64,000 nt of DNA from positions 13,332,001 through 13,396,000 of the forward strand of contig CM075991.1 in the NCBI GenBank assembly GCA_038087875.1, given 5' to 3'. Made by a program: the position numbers and the translations under genes. The first letter of the stretch is position 1; every line of letters begins with the position of its first letter. Shown here in pieces: positions 25,411 through 37,066 of the stretch. Below the pieces are notes generated by a model. That model saw only the letters and a program-made list of their open reading frames with translations. It searched no databases and was not told the DNA's origin. Origin of the DNA: Malacoraja senta (Eukaryota).

Positions 25411-26730
25411 CCAGAAGCAGTGAGATGTATACAGGCAGTAGCTCACGTTAAGCAGGGACAGTGTGTGAACTGGGAAAGTGTAGAAAAGGAGGTTTAGCTG
25501 GAGGGACATTTGGTGCATGGAAGTGGGTCATGTCAGGTTCCTTACAAGGGTTATTTATGATGTGCTGCCATCACCACAGAACCTCAAACAATGGGTAGGT
25601 GGGGACCCAGCGTGTCCCTTGTGTATAGAGGTAGCAACTTTGAGGCATATTTTGTCAGGATGCAGGAATAGTCTTTCTCAGGGTCAGTATACTTGGCGGC
25701 ATAACCAGGTATTGAAGTGCATAGCTACAGCAATTGAGAGGAGAACACAAGTGAAGTCAGTAGGCATCAGGACTGAGAGTGTAGCAATTCATTTTGCCCG
25801 GATGAGAGAGAAAGGTAGAGGGAAGTTTTCAGACAGGTACGAGTCAGGCCAGTTAGGGGGAGCCAATGATTGGGAGATGCAGGTAGATTTGGGAGGAAAG
25901 TTTGTTGTTCCGCAGTAAATTATTAGTACTCATTTGAGACCTGATATAGTGTTATAGTCAGTTAGTCAGTGGAAAGTGTATTTTATAGAACTGACGCTGC
26001 CTTGGGAGAACTTAGTGGATGAGACTTATGAAAGGAAAAGGCTTAGATATGCAGAGTCGGCAGCAGAGGTTGAGCAGCGAGGATGGAGAGCAAGAGTATG
26101 TCCGGAAGAGGTGGGTTGTAGAGGTTTCATAGCGAGATCCACCACGTCGCTATATGGAGAGTTAGGAATTTGTGGACAGTTTGCGTCAAGCCACAAAGGA
26201 GATGTCAGACGCAGCAGAGCAAGGCAGTAGGTGGATTTGGTGGAGAAAAAAAGTGTCAGTTGGGGTCAGAAAGGAAACGTATGACATGCAATATGTGTAT
26301 TTCTTTGTAAGTGTATCCCAGTTTTATGCAAGGTTGATATTTGTGGCGTTACAAGTTAAATGATGGTTAGGATAAGTGGCAGACAGGATGCCAGTGTTTA
26401 GCATTTGTTTGGATTCATTTGAGTGAATTAATCGTGTAGTTTCCTTTATTTAGTACGTACTGGTTGCATAGGTGGTGAGAGCAGGTATTAAAGGTCTCGA
26501 CCCGAAATGTCACCCATTCCTTCTCTCCAGAGATGCTGCCTGTACCCGCTATGTTACTCCAGCTTTTTGTGTCTATCTTACGTATAGACGGGGGTTGTTC
26601 TGGGCTGCCAGCACTAACTGTTGAGCCTTCCCAAGGTGTCGTGGGCCTAACTCAATGAAACACTAATGAAGGGAAGTGTCCACATGATAGCCCCAATGAT
26701 ATACTTGCATCTCCACGATCAGTTTTTTTA
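25411..26730 (+). mobile_element. RLE-type non-LTR retrotransposon 3' fragment (Hero/NeSL-like), antisense in MXD1 intron 5
   Basis: CCHC knuckle CPLCIEVATLRHILSGC, YTWRHNQVL, then RPDIVL...FIELTLPWE...ERKRLRY...EVGCRGF restriction-like endonuclease motifs; in-frame stops. Confidence 0.8.
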
Positions 26731-27262
26731 AAATGTGCTTGTTTACATGGTCGCTGATTATTGCATACGGAATTAGATATTGTCCTCAGCATAAGTTTGT
26801 ATAATCAGCTTAGATAGTACTTTAGTTTTGGGGTTGGTTTTCTTGGTTGAGCGCTTATCCTGGTGTTATAGCACAAGCACTTTGTGTTTTAATTGTAATT
26901 TAGATAAGAACTGGTGAGCCCCTAGACAACACTGAGAAAAGTGCTGAGGACTCGAGTGCTTAAATCCGGAGACGAAGATCTGAACTTCAAGCTGCAATTG
27001 TCTCTATCGAAACGGTGAGAGAGGCCAAACATATAAGCCAGTGTTCAAATAGGATAAGGAATTAAAGAGCGATAACTGAAAGCTCAGGGTCCCTAGTATG
27101 TTGGATGGAACTACTGTACAGGTGAATGTTGGTCGGTGCGCACTCGGTAGGTCGAAGTGCCTGTTCTCACACTGTATCTCTAAACTAAACACTGTACCAA
27201 CAAACTCATTGGGAGAAGCACGTGATCTTGCAGTGAATGTTTGCTCTGGCTTTAGATATTAC

Positions 27263-27422
27263 CTTGATCAGTGTCTGATCTCTCGGAAGAAACCGTTGAT
27301 CCTATGCTATCCGTTCGCGTCCTCTCAATGTTAAGCAGTTCCAGCTGCCGTTTTAGGTGACGCTGCTCTCGCTGTAGCTGATCTATCTGATGAAGAGCCC
27401 TCCTGTCACCTTCTTCAAGTGT
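27263..27422 (-). CDS. MXD1: MXD1 exon 5, 160 nt (leucine zipper)
   Basis: ccttctag|ACA CTT GAA...; TLEEGDRRALHQIDQLQREQRHLKRQLELLNIERTRTDSIGSTVSSERSDTDQ+G; donor GTAATA. Confidence 0.95.
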
Positions 27423-28279
27423 CTAGAAGGAAACACAAATAACTGAAGAGCAAAAGAAAAAACCCACACGTCCTGGGAATCAGAAATAAAAAGCCAAATA
27501 CTGGAAATAGCCAATCAGGGAAGAGAGAAACAGAGGACATTCCAGGTTGGTGAGTTTTGTCAGAACAAGGAAACGTTAGACATTGAGCATCATTTAGTTT
27601 GAAAGAGAAAGGGTGGCAAGAACAAAATTAAATTTTGTTATAGGTTGGAGACAAAGTGAACCAAGCGATGGCTGGTGATGCAAGCTGAGTGAAGATAGTG
27701 AAGCCTTGATAAGTGATCTATTTGGAAACTAAAATATTTCTTACATTCACTGACTAGTAAGTCAGGTGTCTGTTAAAAGAACATGAAATTAAGACATGCT
27801 CAGATAAATATCCCAACTTCAAGTGTTACAAGGATCCACTCATGTCAGCTAGTGGTACCAAATCACCTTAAGGTGCACTTTCACTCCATTGGTGGTGAAA
27901 TACAGGATTTCTACTTGATCTTCACAAATCAAAATTTGAATGATGGTGGCAAGGCAAAGGCTTCAAGATATCTCTCATCAATATTCACTGCAAACATGTA
28001 CTGGAATAGCACTGAAAAAGTGCCGTGATATGGTCCACAATTCAATAAGAGCTGGAGGGTGTATACCATGCAATTAACGCCTTTGGAACCAATTTTGACT
28101 GTTGTCTGAGGATAAAGGATATGTAAAAGTCCAAGAAACGTAGACTTTAGTTGCTAAAAACATATCTGATTGCAATGAAGTTTTATGAGATGTTACATTT
28201 AACACCCTAAAGACCAGTGGTGAATTAGCAGTTTTTCTGCAGAGCTAATGAGGGTATAGAGTTTCTGCCTGCAGCTTAC

Positions 28280-28394
28280 CTTGATATGTAACTTGGCCTT
28301 CATAAGTAAACTGAGTGTGGTATGCCTTGTACTCTCTGCTCCCACTGGTACCAATTTTTTCAAGCGTTCCAAGCAAAGTCGCAGATGGGCTCGC
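28280..28394 (-). CDS. MXD1: MXD1 exon 4, 115 nt (helix-loop-helix)
   Basis: aaccag|G CGA GCC CAT...; [38 protein letters not shown]; donor GTAAGC. Confidence 0.96.
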
Positions 28395-31300
28395 CTGGTT
28401 AAACAAAAAAGACATTCATTTAAATTTACAACACAGCAACCGATAGGAAAAGAAAACTCCAAAATACTGCACCTTTTAGATTGCTGATCAGGTAAAACTG
28501 CGACTCCATTCAACTTCACTTTAAACCTCTCCAGCTTTAATCAATTGAATTTCATAAACTGGCTGATCATATTTCATATATATATTTTTTAGGTTTATTA
28601 TCATCTGTACTGAGGTAGAGTGCAAAGTTTTGTTTTACATGCAATCCAAAAAGATCAGATATACTACACATAAATACAATCAACTCAAACTAAAGTACAA
28701 TAGATAGAGCAAAGGGGAAGATACAGAGCGCAGAATATCGTTCTCAACGTCATAGTGTATCAGCTCCAGAGACAAAGTCCAACGTCCTCAATGGGGTAGA
28801 GGTGAGTTGCACAGTAGTCTAGCTTTTGGTGGTGCCAATCTGAGGGGCTTTGTCGTTATGAGGAAAGAAACATGTGGATATAAAACAGGAAGTTCCTTCA
28901 TAAACTAGGGAACGCAAATACGTGAGATTGGCAAACATAACCCAAAGGGCAGAGCTGCCATCAAGTCAACACTCCATTGGTAAATGGCTGCACAATATAA
29001 CCAAGGATCCAAGGGTTGAGAACTGTGGGTTACTTCCAAACTCAATGTGTCAAAATTGAGCAATGGCGACCTGTTCGCTCAGGAGGAACATTGTGAATGA
29101 AATAATAAATTCATGCAGACTCTGTAGAAACCAATGGAGACAATGGAGGATTACATCAGCACTGCGGTGACAGGTTGTGTCTCAGGTTCAAAGGGCCTAC
29201 TGCTGCTCCTAACCCATACATGAACCTGCCCAGATGGGGATCGACCCATAAAAGCAGGAAGGAACTGCAGAACTAGACCTTGAAGGGCTGAATTGGGTGT
29301 AAATATAGAACATAGAACAGCAGAGGAACAGGCCCTTTGGCCTACAATGTTTGTGCTGAACATGATTGCTAGTTGAACTGATCTCATCTGCCTGCACATG
29401 ATCATACCACTCTATTCCATTTGCAAATAAAACCAGCCTTGCTGATTCTTCATGTTAAACACGCTTTATGCCTCAGAATCTGCATACATGGCGTGAATTT
29501 ACAAGTTGTAGGAAGAAGGACTGGATAACATGGCACATTATTTCACACAACCCCCATGGACCACATGACACATGCTCATTTTACTCCAGGCTCACCGTGT
29601 TACAGCTTATGGAACTCTAGCTAACAGAGTTAATTTGTGGAAATATCAGTCGTGCAGCTGGTGCAATTGAAATCGTGCAGCTGGTGCATTTGTTGACAAG
29701 TCAAAGAACAGGTAGGTACAGATCAAGTTGGATAGAATCACTTTGTTCCAAAACCCATTGCTAGGCTCCAGAAGCCTAATCATCTGGCAAAATACACCAT
29801 ATAAAATGATATCTTGAATTTATGCTACCATTTCAATATTGCTATCTTTAAAGTAATAGAATATTTTTTCTGAACACTACAGATGGCAACTGCCAGACAG
29901 TAAAGGCTGTGTAAACAGTATTGTGTAAATTACAATTTCTCAATGCTTTAAGTATTCGGCTCAACATCATCCCAACCATCAACAGGGCTGGCCATTTTGG
30001 CTGTGAAAGCTGCCTGTGCACAAAAACACTTCAGGCTCTTCAACAAGAGGGCCAGTCAACTCAAGCCAATCTGCTATCTGAAGAAGAGTCCCAACCCTAA
30101 ACGCCATCTGTCTATTCCCACCACAGATGCTGCCTCACCAGCGAGATCAACCAGCACTGTGTTTCGCTCAAGATTCTAGCATCTCCAAACCCAGTCTTAG
30201 GTTTCTTCCTACAAATTGTAGGCTACAATAACCATTTCTAGCACCTAATGGCAACACAAAGGTCCTGCCACCACAAACCAGGCAGGTCAGCTCCAGCTGG
30301 AAGGGCCAGCACTTCATCTCCTTCACCAACTGCTTCCCTCATCCCAAGTAACTCAATTAGTGGAATAATTCAGCCCATTGCTTGCGTGCTGGGTCTTTGG
30401 TAGTTAACAAATTCCTACACATTTCTTACTGTTACGTATTCAGATTTGTTTTTGAATATTATAGAATCTGCTCAAATCATCCTAATGCAGAACATTTTAG
30501 ATAGCAAGTATTCATCACAATTCAGATTAGCCTATAGTTATACCCACCAAGGTTCATTGAAATTCCTTCTTCCCATGAAGTTCAGCAGAAACAGAATATA
30601 TACAGCAAAAAGAACTACGATTAGTGCAAAACAGCAGAGTGGTGCAAAAATTGTTGCCGACCTAAAGGAGTGAAAAAATACTAACAATAATGGAATGAGG
30701 TAGAGTACAAGTATGTGGAAGGGGGCACGAGATTGGTGCTTGCTTCAAGAGTCTAATAGCATTGGGGGAAAAGCTGTTCTTAAATCTGAACATTCAGGCT
30801 TTCAAGCTCCTGTATTTTCTTCCAAAAGGTAGACGAGAGCAAAGAGAATGGCAATGGTGACAGGCGCTCTTCATGGGCCATCCAGCTGCAATGCACAGTG
30901 AAGATAGACTGGATGGATGGAAGGAAGTGACAAGCTTCTGATGCTCTGGGCTGTGGTCACACTCTCTGCTGGCTAAGACAGACCTTAACATTAAAAGGTA
31001 CATTAATATTCTTATCCAATGTCTCTGGTTCTTTTGCAAATATAGCCTTTTGTGAGATGCATACATTCAAGATACGGGCAAGGGCAGGCATATTTACTGA
31101 AATGGGGGGAGAAAGGGGTGAAAAACTGATTCAGTCATGACTTGGTTTCATTTGCAGAGATTTACTGATCAAAATGAAGAGCTGGACACCTCAATGTTAT
31201 GAGGATGGGGAATTCTCGTGAGCTCAAGGGGGAAAACAAAACAAAACTGTTAGGTCATTCATTCCTATTGACAGCGTGCGAACGTCACGATCTGTGTCAA

Positions 31301-31603
31301 CAACAATCAACTGCACATCCAATACAGTGTAGGAAGGAACTGCAAATGCTGATTTACACCAAAGACAGACACAGACACACTGTGTGGAGTTTGTATGTTC
31401 TTCCTGTGACCGTGTGGGTTGGTAGGCCTCTGTAAAATCGCCCATAATGTGTAGGGAATGGATGAAAAAGTGGGATAACATAGAACAAGTGTGAACAGGT
31501 AATTGATGCTCAGGGTGTAACCATGTTGTATCTCTAAAACAAAGTAAAAAATTGTACAATAGTAATTTCAGACAGGCAGGCTCCTCAATTGGACTAAAAG
31601 TGA

Positions 31604-32420
31604 AGTGCGGCGGCGCGGATTACTGCAGCGGCCCCTACAGCCTGTCTGTCTTTTTTATTTTTGTCTAGTTAAATGTAGTTGTTTGTGTTTTTTTATACTG
31701 TTTTTAACTGTGTATATGTGGGGAGGGGGAAACTTTAAAAATCTCTTCCCTGCACGGGAGACCCGACCTTTTCCCTGTCGGGTCTCCGTTGTCGTTGGGG
31801 CCTAGCTCCGTGGAGCGGCCTCCGACCGGGACGACCTGGGGGCTCCAATCGCGGAGCTGCGGACTTATTATCGTGGGGCTGGCTGGCCTCGGAGCGTGGG
31901 GAGCGGTGGTGGCTCGCTGCTGCGGCCCGACTCCGGAGCTCCAGCTACAGACCTGTGGACTATGATATCGGGAGCTCGCGGGTCCGGGTGAGAGACCGCT
32001 TTCCGGAGCTCAACTTCTCCCGCCCGTGACGCGGGGTTGGAACGATCTGGAGCGGGGCCGTAAATCGCCCGGCGCGGCTTTAATGGCCGCGGGACATTCC
32101 AGTGCCTGCCGGGGGCTCCAACTTTGTGACTTTTGGGCCCGGAGCGAGGCCGTACACCGCCCGGCGCGGCCTCAACGGCCGTGGGACTTAACATTGCCCA
32201 CCTGGGGCTTCAACATCGGGAGAAAAATGGTGCAGGGGAGAGAAAAGACTTTGCCTTCCATCACAGTGAGGAAATTCACTGTGATGGATGTTTTTCTGTA
32301 AATTGAATTGTTTGTGTGTCGTGTAGGAATTGTTTTGTTTGTATGGCTGTGGAAACGGAGTTTCGTTTGAGCCTCTTTGAGGTTCAAATGACAAGAAATA
32401 AAATCAGAAATCAGATCAGA
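31604..32420 (+). mobile_element. GC-rich non-coding retroposon in MXD1 intron 3
   Basis: CpG-rich body with sharp edges in AT-rich intron, LINE-like 3' tail (..TGACAAGAATAAAATCAGAAATCAGATCAG), no credible ORF. Confidence 0.65.
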
Positions 32421-35400
32421 AAAGAAAACTTGGCCGTGTGATGTATCAAATTCCTCAGTTATAAATATTCTTAAGATCCTGTTTTGCAACATTCTATCTG
32501 ATGCTGGTATGAAGCAAAACATTATTGAGGGTGTGTTCAGCAACTAGAAATGTCTACAATATCACAAGGAAAGTGACGTAAACAATTCCCGCGGCCTTCT
32601 GCAGTTTTAAAATTTCTTAAATCTGCCATAACCTGATTAAGTAGGAAGGAACTGCAGATGCTGGTTTACACTGAAGATAGACACAAAATGCTGGAGTAAC
32701 TCAGTGGAATAGGCAGCATCTCTGGAGAAAAGGAATAGGTGACGTTTCGGGTCGAGAACCTTCTACCTGAATACCCAATTGTTCTAATTTTGTTTTCATT
32801 CAACATATTTCTTCTTGTCCTCGTAGCTGATCAATTTTAGATTAGTCACATGGTTAAAAAAACCTCTTACAAGGTTAAAAAAAAAATTCAGAGAATAAAA
32901 TATGATTTACAAACCCGATTAATAAAAGATAGTCTCAGCTAGTTGCAGATCAAGCAAAGAACCGGGCGTGTATTAGATTTGTGAACATGGGGCAGTATAT
33001 CAGTAATCTCACAGAAAAGGGTCTTCTGGGGAAGAGTGATCATAATACGATACAATAAAACTTTATTCATCCCAGGAGGGTTATCCCAGAAGGATATTTC
33101 ACTGCACATCTTGTATGTGTATGTGACAAATAGACTTGACTTGAGGAAGGAAATTGGTCTTATGAAGTATATGAAGTGTTGTGTTCTTTATTTTTATTGT
33201 ATGGCTGTATGGTGACCACACATTTCACTGTGCCAACTAGCACATGCGACAAATAAATGTATCTTGTATTGAGAGCAAAAGTAAACAGTTTTAAACAGTC
33301 TCAAATGAAGAAATTAGGTAAAAATGTTAAAATCAATTGGGAAATTAGTTTAAAAATGGGCGGACAGTGAAAGACATTTTAGAATTGTGAAATATTCTTT
33401 CTATAGATCAGATATACTATTGTGAAATAAAGACTTCACAGGAAATGTCATCCATCCAAGGCTTACAAATGTTATTAAGGATGGCATTACATCAAAATAA
33501 AGACTTCATCGAGAACAATATTTTGACTGAGCACCAAAAATATTTCAGAAAACAGGAAAGGTCGACTTAAAAAAGATAGAGAGAAAACAGGGCAGGTGTA
33601 AACCAGCACATAGGATTCACATACTTTTAGAAAAAATATTATTGTGTTTTATGCAAGTGAGAGTGTCTTTGTACCTGAGGCAGGGTTATAAAAATAAATG
33701 ACAAACATGTTCAACTAATTTTATATAGAATACAAAAATTTGAAATTGTTAGAAACACTCAATTTTGTTAGAATCTATGAAGGGAGAAAAAAATGATCAA
33801 CAAGGAGAAACATTATTGGCCTCTCTGCCCAAAAATGCTACCTAATCTGCTAAGTATTTCCCAGTATAATGTTTTTATTTACTATGTACACCAAAACATT
33901 TAATCAAGGAGAAAGAGGGCAAGTGACCTGAAAACCACAATAATACCAGTGTATAAAGTACTAGTCAAGCTATTGATAAATATCTGGCCTGATAGTCTGT
34001 AACTAGGTTCTAAAATAGGGAGTGTAATTGATTGTCATTTTCTAAAATTTATTTTAAGATTGTGCAAAGCTTACAATAAACTGAACAGCAAAGATACCAC
34101 TTTACAAGCCACATAGGACAAATAAAAGATAACTGCAGATCAGTTTGACAGATGTATAGAAAATGTTGAAACCTATGAAGAGATAACAGAGCAGAAACCA
34201 GCACCATGTTGATCCTGCCTAAACTATATGAACAGAAATAGTGTTTAATAAACTTAGGGTTTTTAAATAAACGATGATGTAGTTAGCAGGGCAGATAAAA
34301 GGACAGTGTATTTGGTTTTCAAACAAACAAACAACTCTCTTCACCAACCCAACAATCAGTCTGAAGAAGGGTCCCGATCCGAAATATAATCTATCCATGC
34401 TCTCCAGAGATGCTGCCTGACCTGCTTTGTGTAAACCAGCATTTGAAATTCCCTGTTTTTTTCACCAGCACAGAATTGGCACAAGGTTTGCAGCAATTCC
34501 AAACCCCCTTGAAAGGGATGTTAAAGCTACTTGTTCCTGTAATGCTGATAGCCCACAGTGAAATAATTAAAAAAATAGTTACAACAGAAAATAAAAATGC
34601 TTCCACAACAATGCCCTAGATCCTGATTGTTTTCTAGCAAACACAACTCTGACCCAATGGATGCACGAGACAACATTCTCCTGTCCACAACATCCGAATA
34701 GCTCAATGTTCCAAAGCGGGAGAAATATAATAGGATCAGTCCTCCAGACATCCGTCATTTATCTGCTCGTAAAAAACAAAAGACCTCCGGCTGAATTTAT
34801 GAACGATTCCAATTATGTCCGATTGTGTTTAGCAATGCCTGCCTCTAACATTTACAACTAAACCGAGCAGCTGTGTTTATTCAAGACTTGTTGAAGATTT
34901 TCATAATCATTACAAATGTTCTTTTGGATTCTAATTTCAAGCTGCACCGCCCATTTGCTTGCAAAATCTACAGACATTTAAAGCCTTGAATGAGTCTGAG
35001 TGACCCATAGGTGTCCGTTTTCACCTTCCCGCTACAATTCACACAAGGCTCAAATGTTTCTCCATAAAAAACGTTTTATAGTAAAAGCACAGAATTAGAA
35101 TGGCTTTGAAAACAGTGGGAACAAATAGCATTGGCAGCACCACCCAAATATTAGCATCCATTCAAGCACAATTAGATATGTGCAGAGGCCAAACACCATT
35201 ATATATCATAAAATAATAAAACATTTATTACTGCTCTTTAAAAATAATAAAAATCTAAACAGATAAGATGGGATCATGGAAAACAAGTGACACATGTGCA
35301 ACATTTGAGGTGGCTCCAGAGAACACACAAATGGAAATTTGTCAGTGCAGCAGACACTGGACTGTGCTAACTCCAGATGAAAGCTTTTAGTATTCAAATT

Positions 35401-35449
35401 GAATTTAGCTGGCAGATAGCACTTTCCTGGGCTTAAAAGACTGTGTGCC

Positions 35450-35790
35450 TCGTTGTCACCTTCCCCTCAGCTAACAATGATCCATTCTACATTTCCTTTA
35501 TCATCGTCTGCTTTGATCTGTCGTGTTCACACCTTACCTTTCCACATATCTCTAGTTTCCCTCTCCCTGACTCAGTCTGAAGAAGGGTCTGAGTTACTCC
35601 AAAATGCTGGAGTAACATAGCGGGACAGGCAGCATCTCTGGAGAGAACGAATGGGTGACGTTTCAGGTCGAGACCTTTCTTCAGACTGATCTCAGGGGAG
35701 TGGGCGGGAGATAGAACGTAGTCGGAGACAGTAAGACTAGTGGGAGAACTAGGAAGGGGGAGGGGATGGAGAGACAGGGAAAGCAATTAT
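35450..35790. mobile_element. Penelope-like pseudo-LTR fragments in inverted arrangement, carrying a hammerhead-like motif
   Basis: CAGTCTGAAGAAGGGTC on + at 35573 and an intact CTGAAGA..GAAACGTC on - at 35655-35686. Confidence 0.6.
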
Positions 35791-36089
35791 AAATCAGCTT
35801 GGTAATAAGCACGTGTGGATGATTGCTATTGTGATTGGAAGCCTATGACCAGCAGAGTATCATAGGGTAGAAACAACGAACAGCAGATGCTAGTTTACAA
35901 AAGAATGGTGGCACAATAGACAATAGGTGCAGGAGTAGGCCATTCGGCCCTTTGAGCCAGCACCGCCATTCAATGTGATCATGGCTGATCATCCACCATC
36001 AGTACCCCGTTCCTGCCTTATCCCCTGACTCCGCTATCCTTAAGAGCTCAATCTAACATGGATAGGAGATCTTTTGGGTTGGGACCGTT

Positions 36090-36960
36090 CTTCAAAGTAC
36101 CACGGGGATTGGTGTCGCGACTATTGTTCTTTGCCAATACAGTAATGATTTAGATGTGGAAATGGAAGTTTTGATTCATAAGTTTACAGATGCCACAAAA
36201 ATCAGTCGTGCTGATGATTGTGCGGAGGGTAATCTAAGACAACAGAATTATATTAATCAACTGGTAAATTCACCAATCCTTGACAGATGGAATTTAACCT
36301 TGATAAGTGCAAGATTATGTATTTTAAGCAGCCTAATAAGAGTAGGACATATATTGTGAATGGTAGAGGCAAGGGAGTGTCGAGGTATAAAAGGAACGGT
36401 GTGGTAGAAGTCCAAAGATCCCCAGTACAGGTAGATTGGATGAAGAAGGCCTTGGGATGCTTGCTTTCATTGTGGTACAATTTTATAAAACTTTGGTTAG
36501 GCCACAGCTGGAATAGTGTGTTCAGTTCTGGTCACCACACTATAGGAAGGATGTGACTGTACTGGAGAAGGTGCAGAGGAGATTCCTAGGATGGAATGTT
36601 TCAGTTATAAGAGCTGGGCTGAGGAGATTGAGGGAGAGAACCATATAGAGGTATACAAAATTATGAGGCATTGATTGGGCCAAAAGTAAGAACATTCCAT
36701 GGCAGAATTGTCAAAGACCAGAGGTTTAAGGTCCAAGTGTTACAGGAAATTTGAGGAAGGATTTTCCATCTAGAGCAGTTGCATTTGGAGAGCATTGGTT
36801 GGGGTGGTGGTGAAGGCAGGTATTGTAACATTTAAGAAGCATTCAGACCAAAACTTGACTGCAAGTAGACAACAAACCAAGTACTAGTAAGTGGGATTAG
36901 TATAGATAGGTACTTGATAGCAGGCATGTTCATGGAGGGCTGAAGGACCCTTGGCCTGCT
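36090..36960 (+). mobile_element. Old degenerate CR1 RT 3' fragment
   Basis: KFTDATKI (FADD relic), MEFNLDKCKIM, CVQFWSPH-like segments. Similar relics at about 9390-9715, 39150-39600 and 48500-49330. Confidence 0.7.
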
Positions 36961-37036
36961 ATATGAATTTTGATTCTACATTACAGAATACTAAACAAGA
37001 ACATTTATCATGTCATTTTTTATAGCTTCAGCCTAC

Positions 37037-37066
37037 CTGTTTTTTTCCATTTCATTATGCGTTGAC
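37037..37066 (-). CDS. MXD1: MXD1 exon 3, 30-nt micro-exon (basic region)
   Basis: ttttctttcag|G TCA ACG CAT AAT GAA ATG GAA AAA AAC AG|gtaggc = STHNEMEKN(R). EMEK is MXD1-like (MXI1/MXD4 have ELEK). Not in the ORF track. Confidence 0.95.

Noticed and set aside
26630..26695. Hammerhead ribozyme at the RLE element 3' end (GTC...GAAAC)
   Set aside because: No intact CUGANGA box and the motif order fits no hammerhead topology; kept only as a possible structured RNA.
31604..32200. Intronic CpG island as an alternative MXD1 promoter
   Set aside because: CpG richness is confined to a repeat insertion that has a relative at 54571-55503.
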